DNA from: Octopus sinensis
Lineage: Eukaryota
Assembly (NCBI RefSeq): GCF_006345805.1
Contig: NC_043019.1
Coordinates: 19,405,360 to 19,469,359, forward strand
Direction: 5' to 3'
DNA length: 64,000 bases
Part shown: positions 38,328 to 49,710 of the stretch, in pieces
Position numbering within the stretch: the first letter of the stretch is position 1
Layout of the letters: the number at the start of each line of letters is the position of its first letter
The notes under the pieces: generated by a model
Told to the model about the DNA's origin: nothing
The model's database searches: none
Seen by the model: only the letters and a program-made list of their open reading frames with translations
Translations under genes and position numbers: made by a program

Positions 38328-40139
38328 GTAAGATATGCAGTTGAATTTCCTTCGTGAATGTTGTTGCTGTCTTTGTCATTCTGATCACAATCATCACTGC
38401 TCACACCACCACAATAGCCATCAGCATCACCTGAAGGAGGAGACCTCCTTCAGTCATGAAGTTACCCTCCGAGGCACAAGTCCGGGCAAGGTTGTTTGTG
38501 GAAGGCCAGCAGTCGCCCATGCATACCGGCCTCCCCTCTCCTCACCACTAATGTTATCCTAGGGAAAGGCAAGGGCCGATACAGCTTGGTTAACTCTACA
38601 GCTGAGTTAACTGGAGCAACATGAAATAAAGTGTCTTGCTCAAGAACACAACACTCAGCTCGGTCGGGGAATCAAACTCATAACCTCCCGATCGTAAGCT
38701 TGATGCTCTAACCACTGAGCCATGTGTCTTCACTATGATCACCTACTAATTATCAAAATATAGTAAATATATAAAGATGGCATTGCCAGTGCCACTGGAC
38801 TGGCTCCTGTGCAGGTGGCACATAAAAAACACCATTTGAGTGTGGCTGTTGCCAGCTCTGCCCTCGTGCCTTTTGCTCGTAAAAGTACCCACTACACTCT
38901 CGAATTGGTTGGTATTAGGAAGGGTATCTAGCTGTAGAAACTCTGCCAGACCAGATTGGAGCCTAATGCAGCCATCTGGCTCGCCAGTCCTCAGTCAAAT
39001 TGTCCAACCCATGCCAGCATGGGAAGCAGACGTTAAACGATGATGATGATGATGATGAATAGTACACACATACACATCGTTGTCATCACCATCATCCCTA
39101 GTTCCTCATCACCACCACCATTCCTGGTAATTAACCAAATATAATTATAAAGTGAGTCCAATATTGACTAAACCAAAAGCCCCACAGAGTGTGTCCTGTG
39201 AAGAGGGTGTTTTTATCCTTACTATTTGGTGAGCCAGCTGTACGCAAAGCAAAACCTAAGGGTAAATGAAACAGGGTGAATGAAACAGAATTGCTTTATT
39301 AGTAGTACTGCTGATCAAGCCGTTACTGCATTAGGAAGGGTATCCAGCCATAGAAACCCTGCCAAAGCAGATGGTGGAGCTTGCTACAATCTTGTGGTTT
39401 GTTGGATCTTTGCAGACCATCTGAACATGGAAAATGCATGTTAAATGATGATGATATGGGCATATGGATACACATGTGTATGTATGTAAATATGTGTGTG
39501 TGTGTTTGTGTATTGTTTCATGATGGCAATGACAAGGGACCGAGACCTTTGGCGATATGCTGTGCTTAAGGAAACCCGTCGAGCCAAGTGAGATTGTAGT
39601 TGTGGCTGATGCCAATGTTGTGTAACTGGCTTGTAAAAAGCACCCTTCAGATGTTGGTCGATACGAAATGCTTGAGAAGACCTGTCAGGCCAAGTGAAAT
39701 TGTAGCCATGGCCGATGCCAGTGCCCTCTGACTGGCACCCGTGCCACTGGCACCTAACAAGCGCCATTTGAGTGTTGGGCCTCATGGAGGAAGTGACAGG
39801 TGGCTAAGACCTGTCAAGCCAAGTGAGATCCTAGTTGTGGCCGATGCCAGTGTCATGGCACTGGTGCCAGTGGCATATAAAAAGCACCCACTACACTCTT
39901 GGAGTGGTTGATGTTAGGAAGGGCATCCGGCTGTAGAAATATTGTCAGATCAGGTTGGAAGCTGGTGCAGCTCCCCGGCTTACCTGTTTTCAGTCAACTG
40001 ATCCAACCCATGCCAAGCATGGAAAGCAGATGTTAAAGGATGATGTATATCTGTATGTCTGTATGTCTGTATCATCATCATTGTTTAATGTCCATTTTCG
40101 AGGCTATGATGGTAGCTAGGTTACTTGGTCAACAATAAT

Positions 40140-40545
40140 AAGCTAGATGCCTTCTATGAAACTAGGGAAAATACCAACATACAACATCAACTGCCAACAG
40201 GCAAATGGAATAAATCTCATCCATAATAACTCGCCCTCAAACAACACGTACAATGACCTGATAAATAATAACCCCCAGCATAACATAAATACAGATAAAC
40301 CGAATAATTTATGTGGCTGCAGGACAGAAATAAGTGTTAATTCTTCAATAGGTGTAAAAGAAAAAACCTAATATACCAATGCGATGTACTCGCAAAGAAA
40401 CATACAAAATCTTATATAGGAGCAACAAAAAAGGAAATGAAGCTTCCAGGAATTGGTAGCTACATCTGGGAATTAAAAGACAAAAATATCAACTATAGTT
40501 TAGAATGGCGTATCCTAGCAAAAACTTTGTCTTATACCATTAACA
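40140..40545 (+). mobile_element. Penelope-like element GIY-YIG endonuclease remnant
   Basis: CGCR, KSYIGAT and YIWELKDKNINYSLEWRILAK are typical PLE C-terminal motifs. Confidence 0.75.
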
Positions 40546-40884
40546 ATTAACATTAACAATTAACGATGGTGGTGTGTTTATGTCCCCGTAACTTAGCAGT
40601 TCGGCAAAAGAGACTGATAGAATAAGTACTAGGCTTACAAAGAATAAGTCCTGGGGTTGATTTGCTCGACTAAAGGTGGTGCTCCAGCATGGCTGCAGTC
40701 AAATGACTGAAACAAATAAAGAAAGTGCTATATCCTATGCTAGCCTACCCCAACCCACATTATCAATAAATTATTAATCTATCTAATCTACTTTCTACTT
40801 TTTCCTGTAATTCTTTTCATCCAGGAACTCCCAAATCCTTTTAAATGTTAAATTACCCGTCTTCTATCTTTTTCTTTTCCTTTT

Positions 40885-41297
40885 CATTGAAGAATGGAGG
40901 TTGGTTGAATCTGAAGTCTTGTAGTTAGTTATTAGCATGACTTTCATGTGTCTGCCTGTTTGGCTAGTTGACGGCCTGTATAATCAGAGGGAGTTATCCC
41001 TAATTAGGGATATCAAACCTAAATATTATTCCGATACTTTGTCTTTACACGCTAAATCGTACCCCTGCCAGATATAAACTTGACCCTTATTTACAACTTC
41101 CTTTGCAAATATACAAACTACCCACAACCTATAAGTTAGTGACACATAGCTCCTATTAACCACACCGGATATCCCTAATTAGGGATAACTCCCTCTGATT
41201 ATACCGGCCGTCAACTAGCCAAACAGGCAGACACATGAAAGTCATGCTAATAACTAACTACAAGACTTCAGATTCAACCAACCTTTATTCTTCAACT
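40885..41297. repeat. Inverted repeat of about 135 bp (40885-41030 / 41167-41297)
   Basis: Arms are near-perfect reverse complements containing the palindrome TATCCCTAATTAGGGATA. Confidence 0.9.
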
Positions 41298-41429
41298 ATC
41301 TCACAATGGATTTAATGAAGTTTGAACCCAACTAAAATGTAAGACTTTTGAATCATTGAACATTTTCTTTTCCGATTTCTCCCTCCATCTTTTGCTCTAT
41401 TCTCCTCTTTGTCTATTTCTGCTTTCTTC

Positions 41430-41505
41430 TTTCTGATGACGTCTACCATTTGCAACGAGGTAAATACATATTTACCTCAACATGGTAAACAGAAACAGCT
41501 GTAAA
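41430..41505 (+). ncRNA. Degenerate minimal type I hammerhead ribozyme motif
   Basis: CTGATGA, a long two-part stem II, GAAA, palindromic ACAGCTGT and an A at the cleavage site. Stem I is only about 2 bp. Confidence 0.5.
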
Positions 41506-41531
41506 TTCACTCTTACCCTCACCTTACTTAA

Positions 41532-41745
41532 CCCTTTCGTTACCAACCCGGCTGAAACCGGCTCTGGCTACAAATATCTTGTTTTAATCAGTTTTGAATT
41601 AAAATCTTCCACCAAATCTTAGTCACAGTTTATGTTCCTAACACTAGCTGAATGATAACTAGGTTATTTTACTAAATTCTTTGTTATATTTAAAGTAATT
41701 GAAAGAAACACAGAGCATCTCAAAATAAATACAGTAACAAAAGGG
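41532..41745. mobile_element. piggyBac-type MITE
   Basis: TTAA|CCCTTTCGTTAC ... GTAACAAAAGGG|TTAA. Confidence 0.85.
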
Positions 41746-42009
41746 TTAACTAATTAAATAATGGCTTTTTAGTACCCAAGATACACTTCTATTTGTTGTT
41801 TTTCCTCCATTTTCTTATCGTCTATGTATATACTATACACACTATCACTATACACAATATTACAGTGGAAAAAAAGCCTTCTTTCAGCCCATAACATGCT
41901 TCTCTGTAACCTGAGATGCCACCAGCCGAAAGCTAACCCTGGTGACCTCTCTGCAGCCCTCACCCATTTGATGTCATGGGTCTCTATGATTTTGACTGGG
42001 ATGCAATCA

Positions 42010-43710
42010 TAAACGATCTCTCACACCAGCACACACCTCCTCCAGCATCAAAATATCTTGGCAGTTCTGCTCTGTTTTTAGCACAATCCTGATATGGCTG
42101 ATCTGGATTGTAACAGTGATGCTAATCCTCAACACACTCTATCGGACATAAAGTTTGGCGCCCCTGATCTCTTAGCGGCAATAAACGAAATTAAACACAA
42201 TTCAGCAGCAGGCTCTGATAGTTTCCCTGTTTGTGTCCTGAAGGTGTGCCAACACCAACTTGCATCTCCTCTTGCTAATCTTTGGAGGAATTCGCTGGAT
42301 GCTGGTTATATTCCTGAAGACTTTCTGTCCCAGTTTTCAAAAAGGGAAATAAGTCCCTTGCAATGAACTACCGGCTGATCTCGCTCACTTCTCATATTGT
42401 CAAGGTATTTAAAAGGGTGGTTAGATCACTGATAATTCACTTTCTTGAAAGCAACAGACTGCTGAATCCCAATCAACATGGGTTCTGTAATGGAAGGAAC
42501 TGCCTAACACTGCTCCTGCATCACCTTGATGACATTTTGAGAGCTTTGGGAGAGGGCTCCAATACTGATGTCATAAGATCCTCTTGAAAAAACTATCCAA
42601 CATTGGTGTCTCTGGAAAGTTACTACAATGGATCAAGTGTTTCCTGATGGGCAGAACTCAACATTTAGTCGAAGGAGTAAAATCAAGCCCAGCCAAAGTC
42701 AGTTCCTCAAGGCACTGTGTTGGGCCCACTGCTTTTCATCATCTACATCAATGACATTAGTGACATTTTTGCAGATGATTCCAAGATCCAGAAGGTCATC
42801 AATGAAGTGGGTGACCGGGCATGCCTTCAATCGGATCTGCTGGCTGTCATCCAATGGGCAGAAAGGAATAATATGCCGCTGAACAAGGATGAATTTGAGT
42901 TAATCCACTTCGGAAAAGACGATACCCTGAAACTCCCATACTCCCTTCTTCAGGTGAAACTCTCATGGCATCCAACAACATCAAAGACTTGCGAGTAATT
43001 GTGGACAACAACATAAGCTGGGTTGTTCATATTAACAATGAAATTGACTTGGTTTGCAGAATGTGTTCCTGGATTCTTAGAACTTTCCAGTTGAGAGATA
43101 TCCACACCATTATCCTTCTCTTCACTTTTGCTCGACCCCCACCTTGAATACTGTTGTCCACCGTGGTCTCCTCACATGAAACAAAGTATCATGAAAATTG
43201 AAGCACCTCAAAGGTAAATTACAAAAAAGATAGATGGCATGACAGGCCTCGACTATTGGGATCGACTAGAAAAGCTAAAACTTTATTCTCTCCAACGTCG
43301 TCGTGAGCGCTACATCATCTGCATGATGTGGAAAATTTTCCACCAGCATTGCCCAAATGATGTTGGCATTGTCTTTAGGATACACCCAAGACTTGGTCCC
43401 CGTGCTATCCGCCCACAACAAAAATCATACTCGCATCACATAAGAATATGACACAATTATTTCACTTCAATTGGCCCCGCTCTCTTTAACATTACACCAA
43501 AACACATTAAAGCAGAGACAGGCCCCATAAAGTTCAAGAAGTCTTTGGATAAATTCCTTCAAAAAATCCTGGATAAACCTCCTACACTCAGCTATGTCTC
43601 TGTAATCAATAACTCTCTCCTTGAGTTGGCCATATTGTCTGATTCCTGTTTTAAATAACTTTGCCAGGTGGTGCTATTAAGTTAGGCATGGCCTGGGCTA
43701 ATACTGGCCG
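42010..43710 (+). mobile_element. Degenerate CR1/L2-group LINE (RT and 3' end)
   Basis: Frameshifted ORFs with NYRLISLTSH, LGPLLF..FADD and LKLYSLQRRRER. Confidence 0.9.
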
Positions 43711-44102
43711 AAACCTATCAAAGTATGTATGTGTGTGTGTGTATGTATGTATGCATATATATATATATATATATATAGATATATATACGGGTGTGTGTGA
43801 TTGTGTATAGAAGAGTATATTGATAAAAGGAATTCCAACCTTGTCTGAATTTCACGTTTTATTTACAATCTTATAATGATATAAGATAATATAATAAAAT
43901 AAAATAAAATAAAATAATAGAATGTTAAATGTTCATTCTGATTGAACTAGTACTTTCATGCATTAAATTCTGCAATCTTCAGGTTCATGTAGTAGTGGTG
44001 ACAGTCATGCTTCACAATTTTTGACTGTAGCGAGATGATTGAATCTGTACTTTAAATACAGCTATGTAGGCTCCAGATATATATATATATATATATATAT
44101 CC

Positions 44103-46375
44103 AAGATCAGTGTCAGACGTATCTGTGTGCGCCCCTCTTGCCAAGAGTGATCATGCGGTCCTGAAGTTCGTCATGCACACAACTTTTTCCACGCCCACGA
44201 TTACTTCGCTGCCACGTAGAGTCTTCTCTGCAATTAATCTTGAAATTCTAACCGAGGCTTCCGCGCTTCTGGACTGGCGTTCCCTGATGACGTTGTCCTC
44301 AGTTGACGAACTATGGTCATCCCTCAAAGCATATGTAATCTGTTTGACTGACCAGGCAGTTCCCGTTGGACTTCCCAAGAGGAAGAAACACAAGCCCTGG
44401 GTGACGAAGAAGGTTAAACGAGAACGTCGACTCAGAGATATTGCTTGGGCTGAATTCAAAAATCTGGATTCGACTGCAGCTTTTGAGGTGTACAAAACTC
44501 AACGAGACCGAGCCGTGAAAATTGAAAAGAAAGAACGCTTCAGTTATGAATACAAAATCGCGGCAAATGCCAGTAGCAATCCAAAAACCTTCTTTGCCCA
44601 TGTCCAGCGGAATTCCCGCTTGAACAACCAGATTGTAACATTGGTAGACTCAACAGGCGTATCGACTGAGGACCCTTATCAACAGAGTCAATTATTTGCC
44701 GAGGCTTTTTCAACTATTTTCAAACAAGATGATGGTCGTGAACCCCCTCCATTTGATAGATCGGTACCTCCAATGCTTCGATTGATCATCACGCGGGACC
44801 AAGTCAAACGTGTTATTCAAGGCCTCGATGTCAACAAGGGTCACGGCCCTGACGGCATACACCCACGGGTTATCAAAGCGTTGGCTCCAGTCATCTGCGA
44901 GCCCTTAACACGACTATTCAATATGTCATTGGTGACGGGTGTTATACCTGCAGACTGGAGAACAGCGATAATCTGCCCAATTTTCAAGAAAGGGAGCCAC
45001 GAAGACCCGCTTAACTACCGACCGGTTTCCCTTACATCAATAATCAGCAAGATGTTCGAAACCATCCTTAAGAAAAGTATGATGCTCCACCTCCTAAGCA
45101 CAGCCTCGATCACTGATTCCCAACACGGCTTCGTGCCGAAGAGATCATGCTTGACCAACTTACCAGTAATGGAAGAATTGGTGACGCGCATCCTCGATGA
45201 TAGTGATGCTGTTGACATCGTTTTATTGGACTTTGCCAAAGCTTTTGACTCGGTAAACCACCGCCTACTACTTGTCAAGCTTCAAGCATATAGTTTCCAT
45301 CCGGATATTGTACGATGGGTTGGTGCCTTCCTCTCAGATCGCTCCTTCCAAGTTCAAGTTAATGGTTCGCGGTCCGACGTCTCCAGTGCGAGCAGTGGCG
45401 TGCCTCAAGGTTCAGTGCTTGGGCCCTTGTTGTTCTTAGTCTTCATAAATGACTTGCCCGACGACCTCACGCAACACACCCTTCTATTTGCCGACGATAT
45501 CAAACTGGTCGCTCCTCGCGGTAGTATAGAGGATCTTCGTCGATGCCTCCACCAAATTTGGAAGTGGTCTAACGATTGGGACCTGTGTCTGAACGTGTCA
45601 AAGTGCTGTCATCTGCCTGTCGGCTCTCCTCCTGCAACTCAACTTGATTTCGAGCCGGGTCGTCTGCTGCTGGAGAGGACCGATCAGGTAAAGGACCTGG
45701 GTATCTTGGTGGATTCCTCCTTTTCGCCTTCGGCCCAGTGCGTCCATGCTGCCAACAAAGCACGCGGAATTCTGTTTTTGATTCGACGGTCATTCGGAGT
45801 GCTCACAGCAGCCATATTCCTGCCACTCTATGTCACGCTGGTGAGACCCATATTGGAGTATGGGATTCAAGCCTCTTCTCCTTATCTCCTCAAAGACATA
45901 CAGCACCTCGAAAGAGTCCAGAGGCTGGCTACCCGCCTGGTTCATGGTCTCAAAAATTTGTCCTACGAAGAAAGGCTGAGGACGCTCGACCTTTATTCTC
46001 TTGAAAAACGCCGCCGCCGTGGTGATCTCATTCTCGCCCACAACATCATAAGCGGGAAGTGTAACCTCTCGAAAGAGCTGTTCTTCACTCCTGCTCCGGA
46101 GCGTTGGCTGCGGGGTCATTCCGAAAAGCTCTACCTGCGACGATTTCATCTCAATCGAAGGAGAGGAGCTTTCTCCGTCCGGGTTGTGGATCCGTGGAAC
46201 AAGCTGCCAGACGAGATGGTGAAGATGCCAACGACCGCTTTGTTCAAAGCCTCCCTGGACCTCAAGTGGCCTGAACTCTTTACATGAACACCACCCTGTA
46301 CTTAACTCCATGTCCCCCTACATGGCCTTGCTATTTGCTTTTGAGCCAAATTAACTAACTAACTAACTAACTAAC
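44103..46375 (+). mobile_element. Young 5'-truncated CR1-clade LINE with (AACT)n tail, inserted in (TA)n
   Basis: Uninterrupted 725-aa ORF, short 3' UTR, (AACT)n tail, and (TA)n on both sides. Confidence 0.95.
44110..46287 (+). CDS. LINE ORF2 (end of endonuclease, linker, RT)
   Basis: SDH, NYRPVSLTS, LDFAKAFD, GVPQGSVLGP, FADD, DLG, YSLEKRR and RGH motifs. Confidence 0.9.
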   Translation: MSDVSVCAPLAKSDHAVLKFVMHTTFSTPTITSLPRRVFSAINLEILTEASALLDWRSLMTLSSVDELWSSLKAYVICLTDQAVPVGLPKRKKHKPWVTKKVKRERRLRDIAWAEFKNLDSTAAFEVYKTQRDRAVKIEKKERFSYEYKIAANASSNPKTFFAHVQRNSRLNNQIVTLVDSTGVSTEDPYQQSQLFAEAFSTIFKQDDGREPPPFDRSVPPMLRLIITRDQVKRVIQGLDVNKGHGPDGIHPRVIKALAPVICEPLTRLFNMSLVTGVIPADWRTAIICPIFKKGSHEDPLNYRPVSLTSIISKMFETILKKSMMLHLLSTASITDSQHGFVPKRSCLTNLPVMEELVTRILDDSDAVDIVLLDFAKAFDSVNHRLLLVKLQAYSFHPDIVRWVGAFLSDRSFQVQVNGSRSDVSSASSGVPQGSVLGPLLFLVFINDLPDDLTQHTLLFADDIKLVAPRGSIEDLRRCLHQIWKWSNDWDLCLNVSKCCHLPVGSPPATQLDFEPGRLLLERTDQVKDLGILVDSSFSPSAQCVHAANKARGILFLIRRSFGVLTAAIFLPLYVTLVRPILEYGIQASSPYLLKDIQHLERVQRLATRLVHGLKNLSYEERLRTLDLYSLEKRRRRGDLILAHNIISGKCNLSKELFFTPAPERWLRGHSEKLYLRRFHLNRRRGAFSVRVVDPWNKLPDEMVKMPTTALFKASLDLKWPELFT

Positions 46376-46392
46376 ATATATATATATATATA

Positions 46393-47586
46393 TAGGAGTC
46401 ATACCCAATGACTGGTGTAGCAGCATACTAGTCAACTGCTACAAAGGTAAAGGAGACGCCCTAGATACAAATAATTACAGAGGTATCAAGCTGTTGGATC
46501 AGGTAATGAAGGTTACAGAGAGGGTCATAGCCCATCTGATTAGGGAGAGAGTCAACTTGGACGAGATGCAGTTTGGTTTCATGGCAGGGAAAAGCACCAC
46601 TGACGCCATATTTCTGGTGAGACAGCTGCAGGAGAAATACCTAGCCAAAGATAAGCCCCTGTACCTGGCTTTCATTGACATGGAGAAAGCCTTTGACAGG
46701 GTCCCCCGATCCCTTATCTGGTGGTCAATGAGGAAACTAGGGATAGATGAATGGCTGGTGAGGGCTGTGCAAGTCATGTACAGGGATGCCGTAAGTAAGG
46801 TTAGGGTTGGCAACATGTACACAGAAGAATTCAAAATAGAGGTTGGGGTTCACCAGGGTTCAGTACTCAGCCCCCTCCTATTTATCATAGTCCTCCAAGC
46901 AATTACGGAGGAATTCAAGACAGGTTGCCCCTGGGAGCTCCTATATGCTGATGACCTTGCTCTAATTGCTGAGTCACTATCAGAACTGGAGGAGAAGTTC
47001 CAGGTGTGGAAGCAAAGTTTAGAATCGAGGAGCCTTAGAGTCAACCTAGCTAAAACCAAAGTACTAATAAGTAGGAAGGTAGACAATCCACAAATGTCTT
47101 CAGGAAGATGGCCCTGCTCGATTTGTAGAAAAGGTGTAGGTAGAAACTATATAAGATGTACCCAGTGTAAGCTATGGACACATAAGAGATGCAGCAATGT
47201 CAAAGGAAGGCTAACTGGGAAGATAGTTTTTGTATGTGGCAGATGCTCGGGAGCATTAACCTCTGAAAATCTGCAGAAAACAACTTCCGTCACTTTCCAG
47301 GGGGAAAAACTAGAAATAGTTGATAGCTTCCGTTATCTTGGTGACCAAGTCAGCAGCGGGGGCGGGTGTGCTGAAAGTGTAACTGCTAGAGTAAGAATAG
47401 CCTGGGCAAAGTTTAGGGAGCTCTTACCTCTGCTGGTGACTAAAGGCCTCTCGCTCAGAGTAAAAGGCAGACTGTATGATGCATGTGTACGAACAGCCAT
47501 GCTACATGGCAGTGAAACATGGGCCGTGACTGCTGAGGACATGCGTAAGCTCGCGAGAAATGAAGCCAGTATGCTCCGATGGATGT
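46393..47586 (+). mobile_element. RTE-clade LINE RT segment with embedded PHD finger (open frame)
   Basis: ORF 46494-47651 has QFGF, FIDMEKAFD, GVHQGSVLSP, YADD and FRYLG, plus a C4HC3 motif at 47114-47246. Confidence 0.95.
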
Positions 47587-47719
47587 ATATTGAGAGAAGA
47601 ACGAGATGGACGCTTCATTTTTATGCTGTTGCCGCATTATGTCGTACGTGAATGAGAGGATTTGCATCCCCAACCAAGAATTTTTGATGTAATACATGTC
47701 CTTGTGGATGTTGTTGTGC

Positions 47720-47797
47720 GCGGCTGAAGAAGGCCACAGACATACATTATGCATTGTTATAAATCCGTCTAATAAAGGCCCGAAACATATGTACCGC
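47720..47797 (+). ncRNA. Minimal type I hammerhead ribozyme motif
   Basis: Stem I GCGG/CCGC, CTGAAGA, stem II GGCC/GGCC with a large insert, GAAA, palindromic stem III ACATATGT and cleavage triplet GTA. Confidence 0.7.
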
Positions 47798-47827
47798 TGA
47801 ATCCTTGGCATCATGTTTTTATTTTGA

Positions 47828-47890
<63 letters not shown>

Positions 47891-47899
47891 ACCCCCTTG

Positions 47900-48285
47900 C
47901 TTGCGAAGACATGTTGGGGCAATCGAAATCGAATTGAACCAGCCAGGATCCCTGGTCTGGTGGTACGTAAAAAGCACTATCCGACTCGTGGCCGATGCCA
48001 GCACCACCTCGTCTGGCTTCCGTGCCGGTGGCACATAAAATACACCAATCCGACCGTGGCCGTTGCCAGCCTAGCCTGGCACCTGTGCAGGTGGCACGTA
48101 AAAAGCACCCACTACACTCACGGAGTGGTTGGCGTTAGGAAGGGCATCCAGCTGTAGAAACACTGCCAGATAAGACTGGAGCCTGGTGAAGCCTTCTGGC
48201 TTCCCTGATCCCCGGTCGAACCGTCCAACCCATGCTAGCATGGAGAACGGACGTTAAACGATGATGATGATGATGATGATGATGA
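47900..48285 (+). mobile_element. RTE-type 3' tail element ending in (GAT)n
   Basis: GGCGTTAGGAAGGGCATCCAGCTGTAG..CCATGC.AGCATGGA..GACGTTAAAC(GAT)n. Further copies at about 3545, 11160, 21230(-), 26470, 35035, 38780, 39880, 56760(-), 59500, 59790(-) and 61720(-). Confidence 0.8.
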
Positions 48286-48478
48286 TATATATATATGCAT
48301 ATATATATGCATATATATATATATATATATATATGCATATATATATATATATATATATGCATATATATATATATATATATATATGCATATATATATATGC
48401 ATATATATATATATATATATGCATATATATATGCATATATATATATATATATGCATATATATATATATGCATATATTA
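48286..48478. repeat. Compound microsatellite: (TA)n interrupted by GC
   Basis: Repeated (TA)nTGCA units. The same pattern occurs at 54088-54160. Confidence 0.95.
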
Positions 48479-48534
48479 TTAGTGAATGGAATAAATGGAG
48501 TTGAACGAAGATTGTACAGAATACCTTTTAAGAC

Positions 48535-48615
48535 ATTCTACACATGTTTCGAAGGCCGCAAATTTCCAAATTCTGTTTAAATAAGGGTACCATATTGCGG
48601 CTTTCTCTTCAGGAA
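48535..48615 (-). ncRNA. Minimal type I hammerhead ribozyme motif (antisense to the host gene)
   Basis: Minus strand reads TTC-CTGAAGA-GAAAGCCGCAA...TTGCGGCCTTC-GAAA-CATGTG-TA-GAA. Confidence 0.6.
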
Positions 48616-49710
48616 AAAAACAGGAATTCCGTTGACAGGACAAAACAAAACAGAGGCACAGCAATTCGAACGAAGATGCTCCTTAGGAGCCCATGGCTAT
48701 ATACATACAGTCTGCCTTTTACTCTGATATTCTCATTTAAATATGAATAGGTAAATTCGGGCTTCTTGGTAACTATATATAAGTGTCGTCTGTTTATACA
48801 TAAACACTGTTTCATACTGCAATTATATATACATATATCTATATATAATATTATATAATAAAATATATACAGAGTAAAATAAAAACCAATTTACCTTTTC
48901 TGTCCGTCCGTGTGTCTTTGCAAATGTGTTGGAATGATAAGTGAGTTGAGTTTTGGCGCCTTTTTTACTGATAACAAACACACACGTGTTTGTATGTAGT
49001 TGTATGTGTATGTAGTTGTATATGTATGTGTATGCGTGTGTGTGAGGAATGACACACACACACTCACGCACGCACACATGTACATCAATGCTTTCGGAGT
49101 GATATGTTAAAATATTGAGTTTTCTCGAATTTTGTCTTAATTGGTGGTAAAATTGAAAGAAATTTTTTATGGCATCACCCACTGAAGTACTCTGAAAAAT
49201 CTTAGGTAAATTCTAATTGAAGAAATTGTGTGAGGATTAAATGGTTATGTATTTATTTGTTTCTGTTTGCTGGGTTTTTTTATTTTTTGAGTAGTGGTTT
49301 AAATACTTTCAGTTTAGTCTTCCTCAAATCACTCTGTCGCTATTTACTTTCATTTTATTCGTCGCACACTGTGTGTGTGCGTTTGCGTGTGGTGTAAACC
49401 AGACTAAGAAAAGCATTTGACACACACACCAGAATGTGAGTTTTCTGTAAATTTTGCTTAATTGGAGTTTAAATTTTAAAAACTGGACCTGGCATGACGC
49501 GATGCATTGTACTCTTAAAAATGCTAGGTAAATTGTAATTGAAGAAATCCTATATTGTAGATTTGTATAACTCCGAAAGGGAGGCAGATAAAATCTGCCT
49601 TTTATAATAAGAGATATATGCATATGATTGATTGATTGATTTTAGTTTCAGCTCATTGAGCTGTGGCCATGCTGGGGCACCGCCATTTGGTGTTGCTACT
49701 TGGTTTTACT

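Noticed and set aside
48135-48580. Several overlapping IY/MHIY ORFs
   Set aside because: Translations of the (TA)n/TGCA microsatellite.
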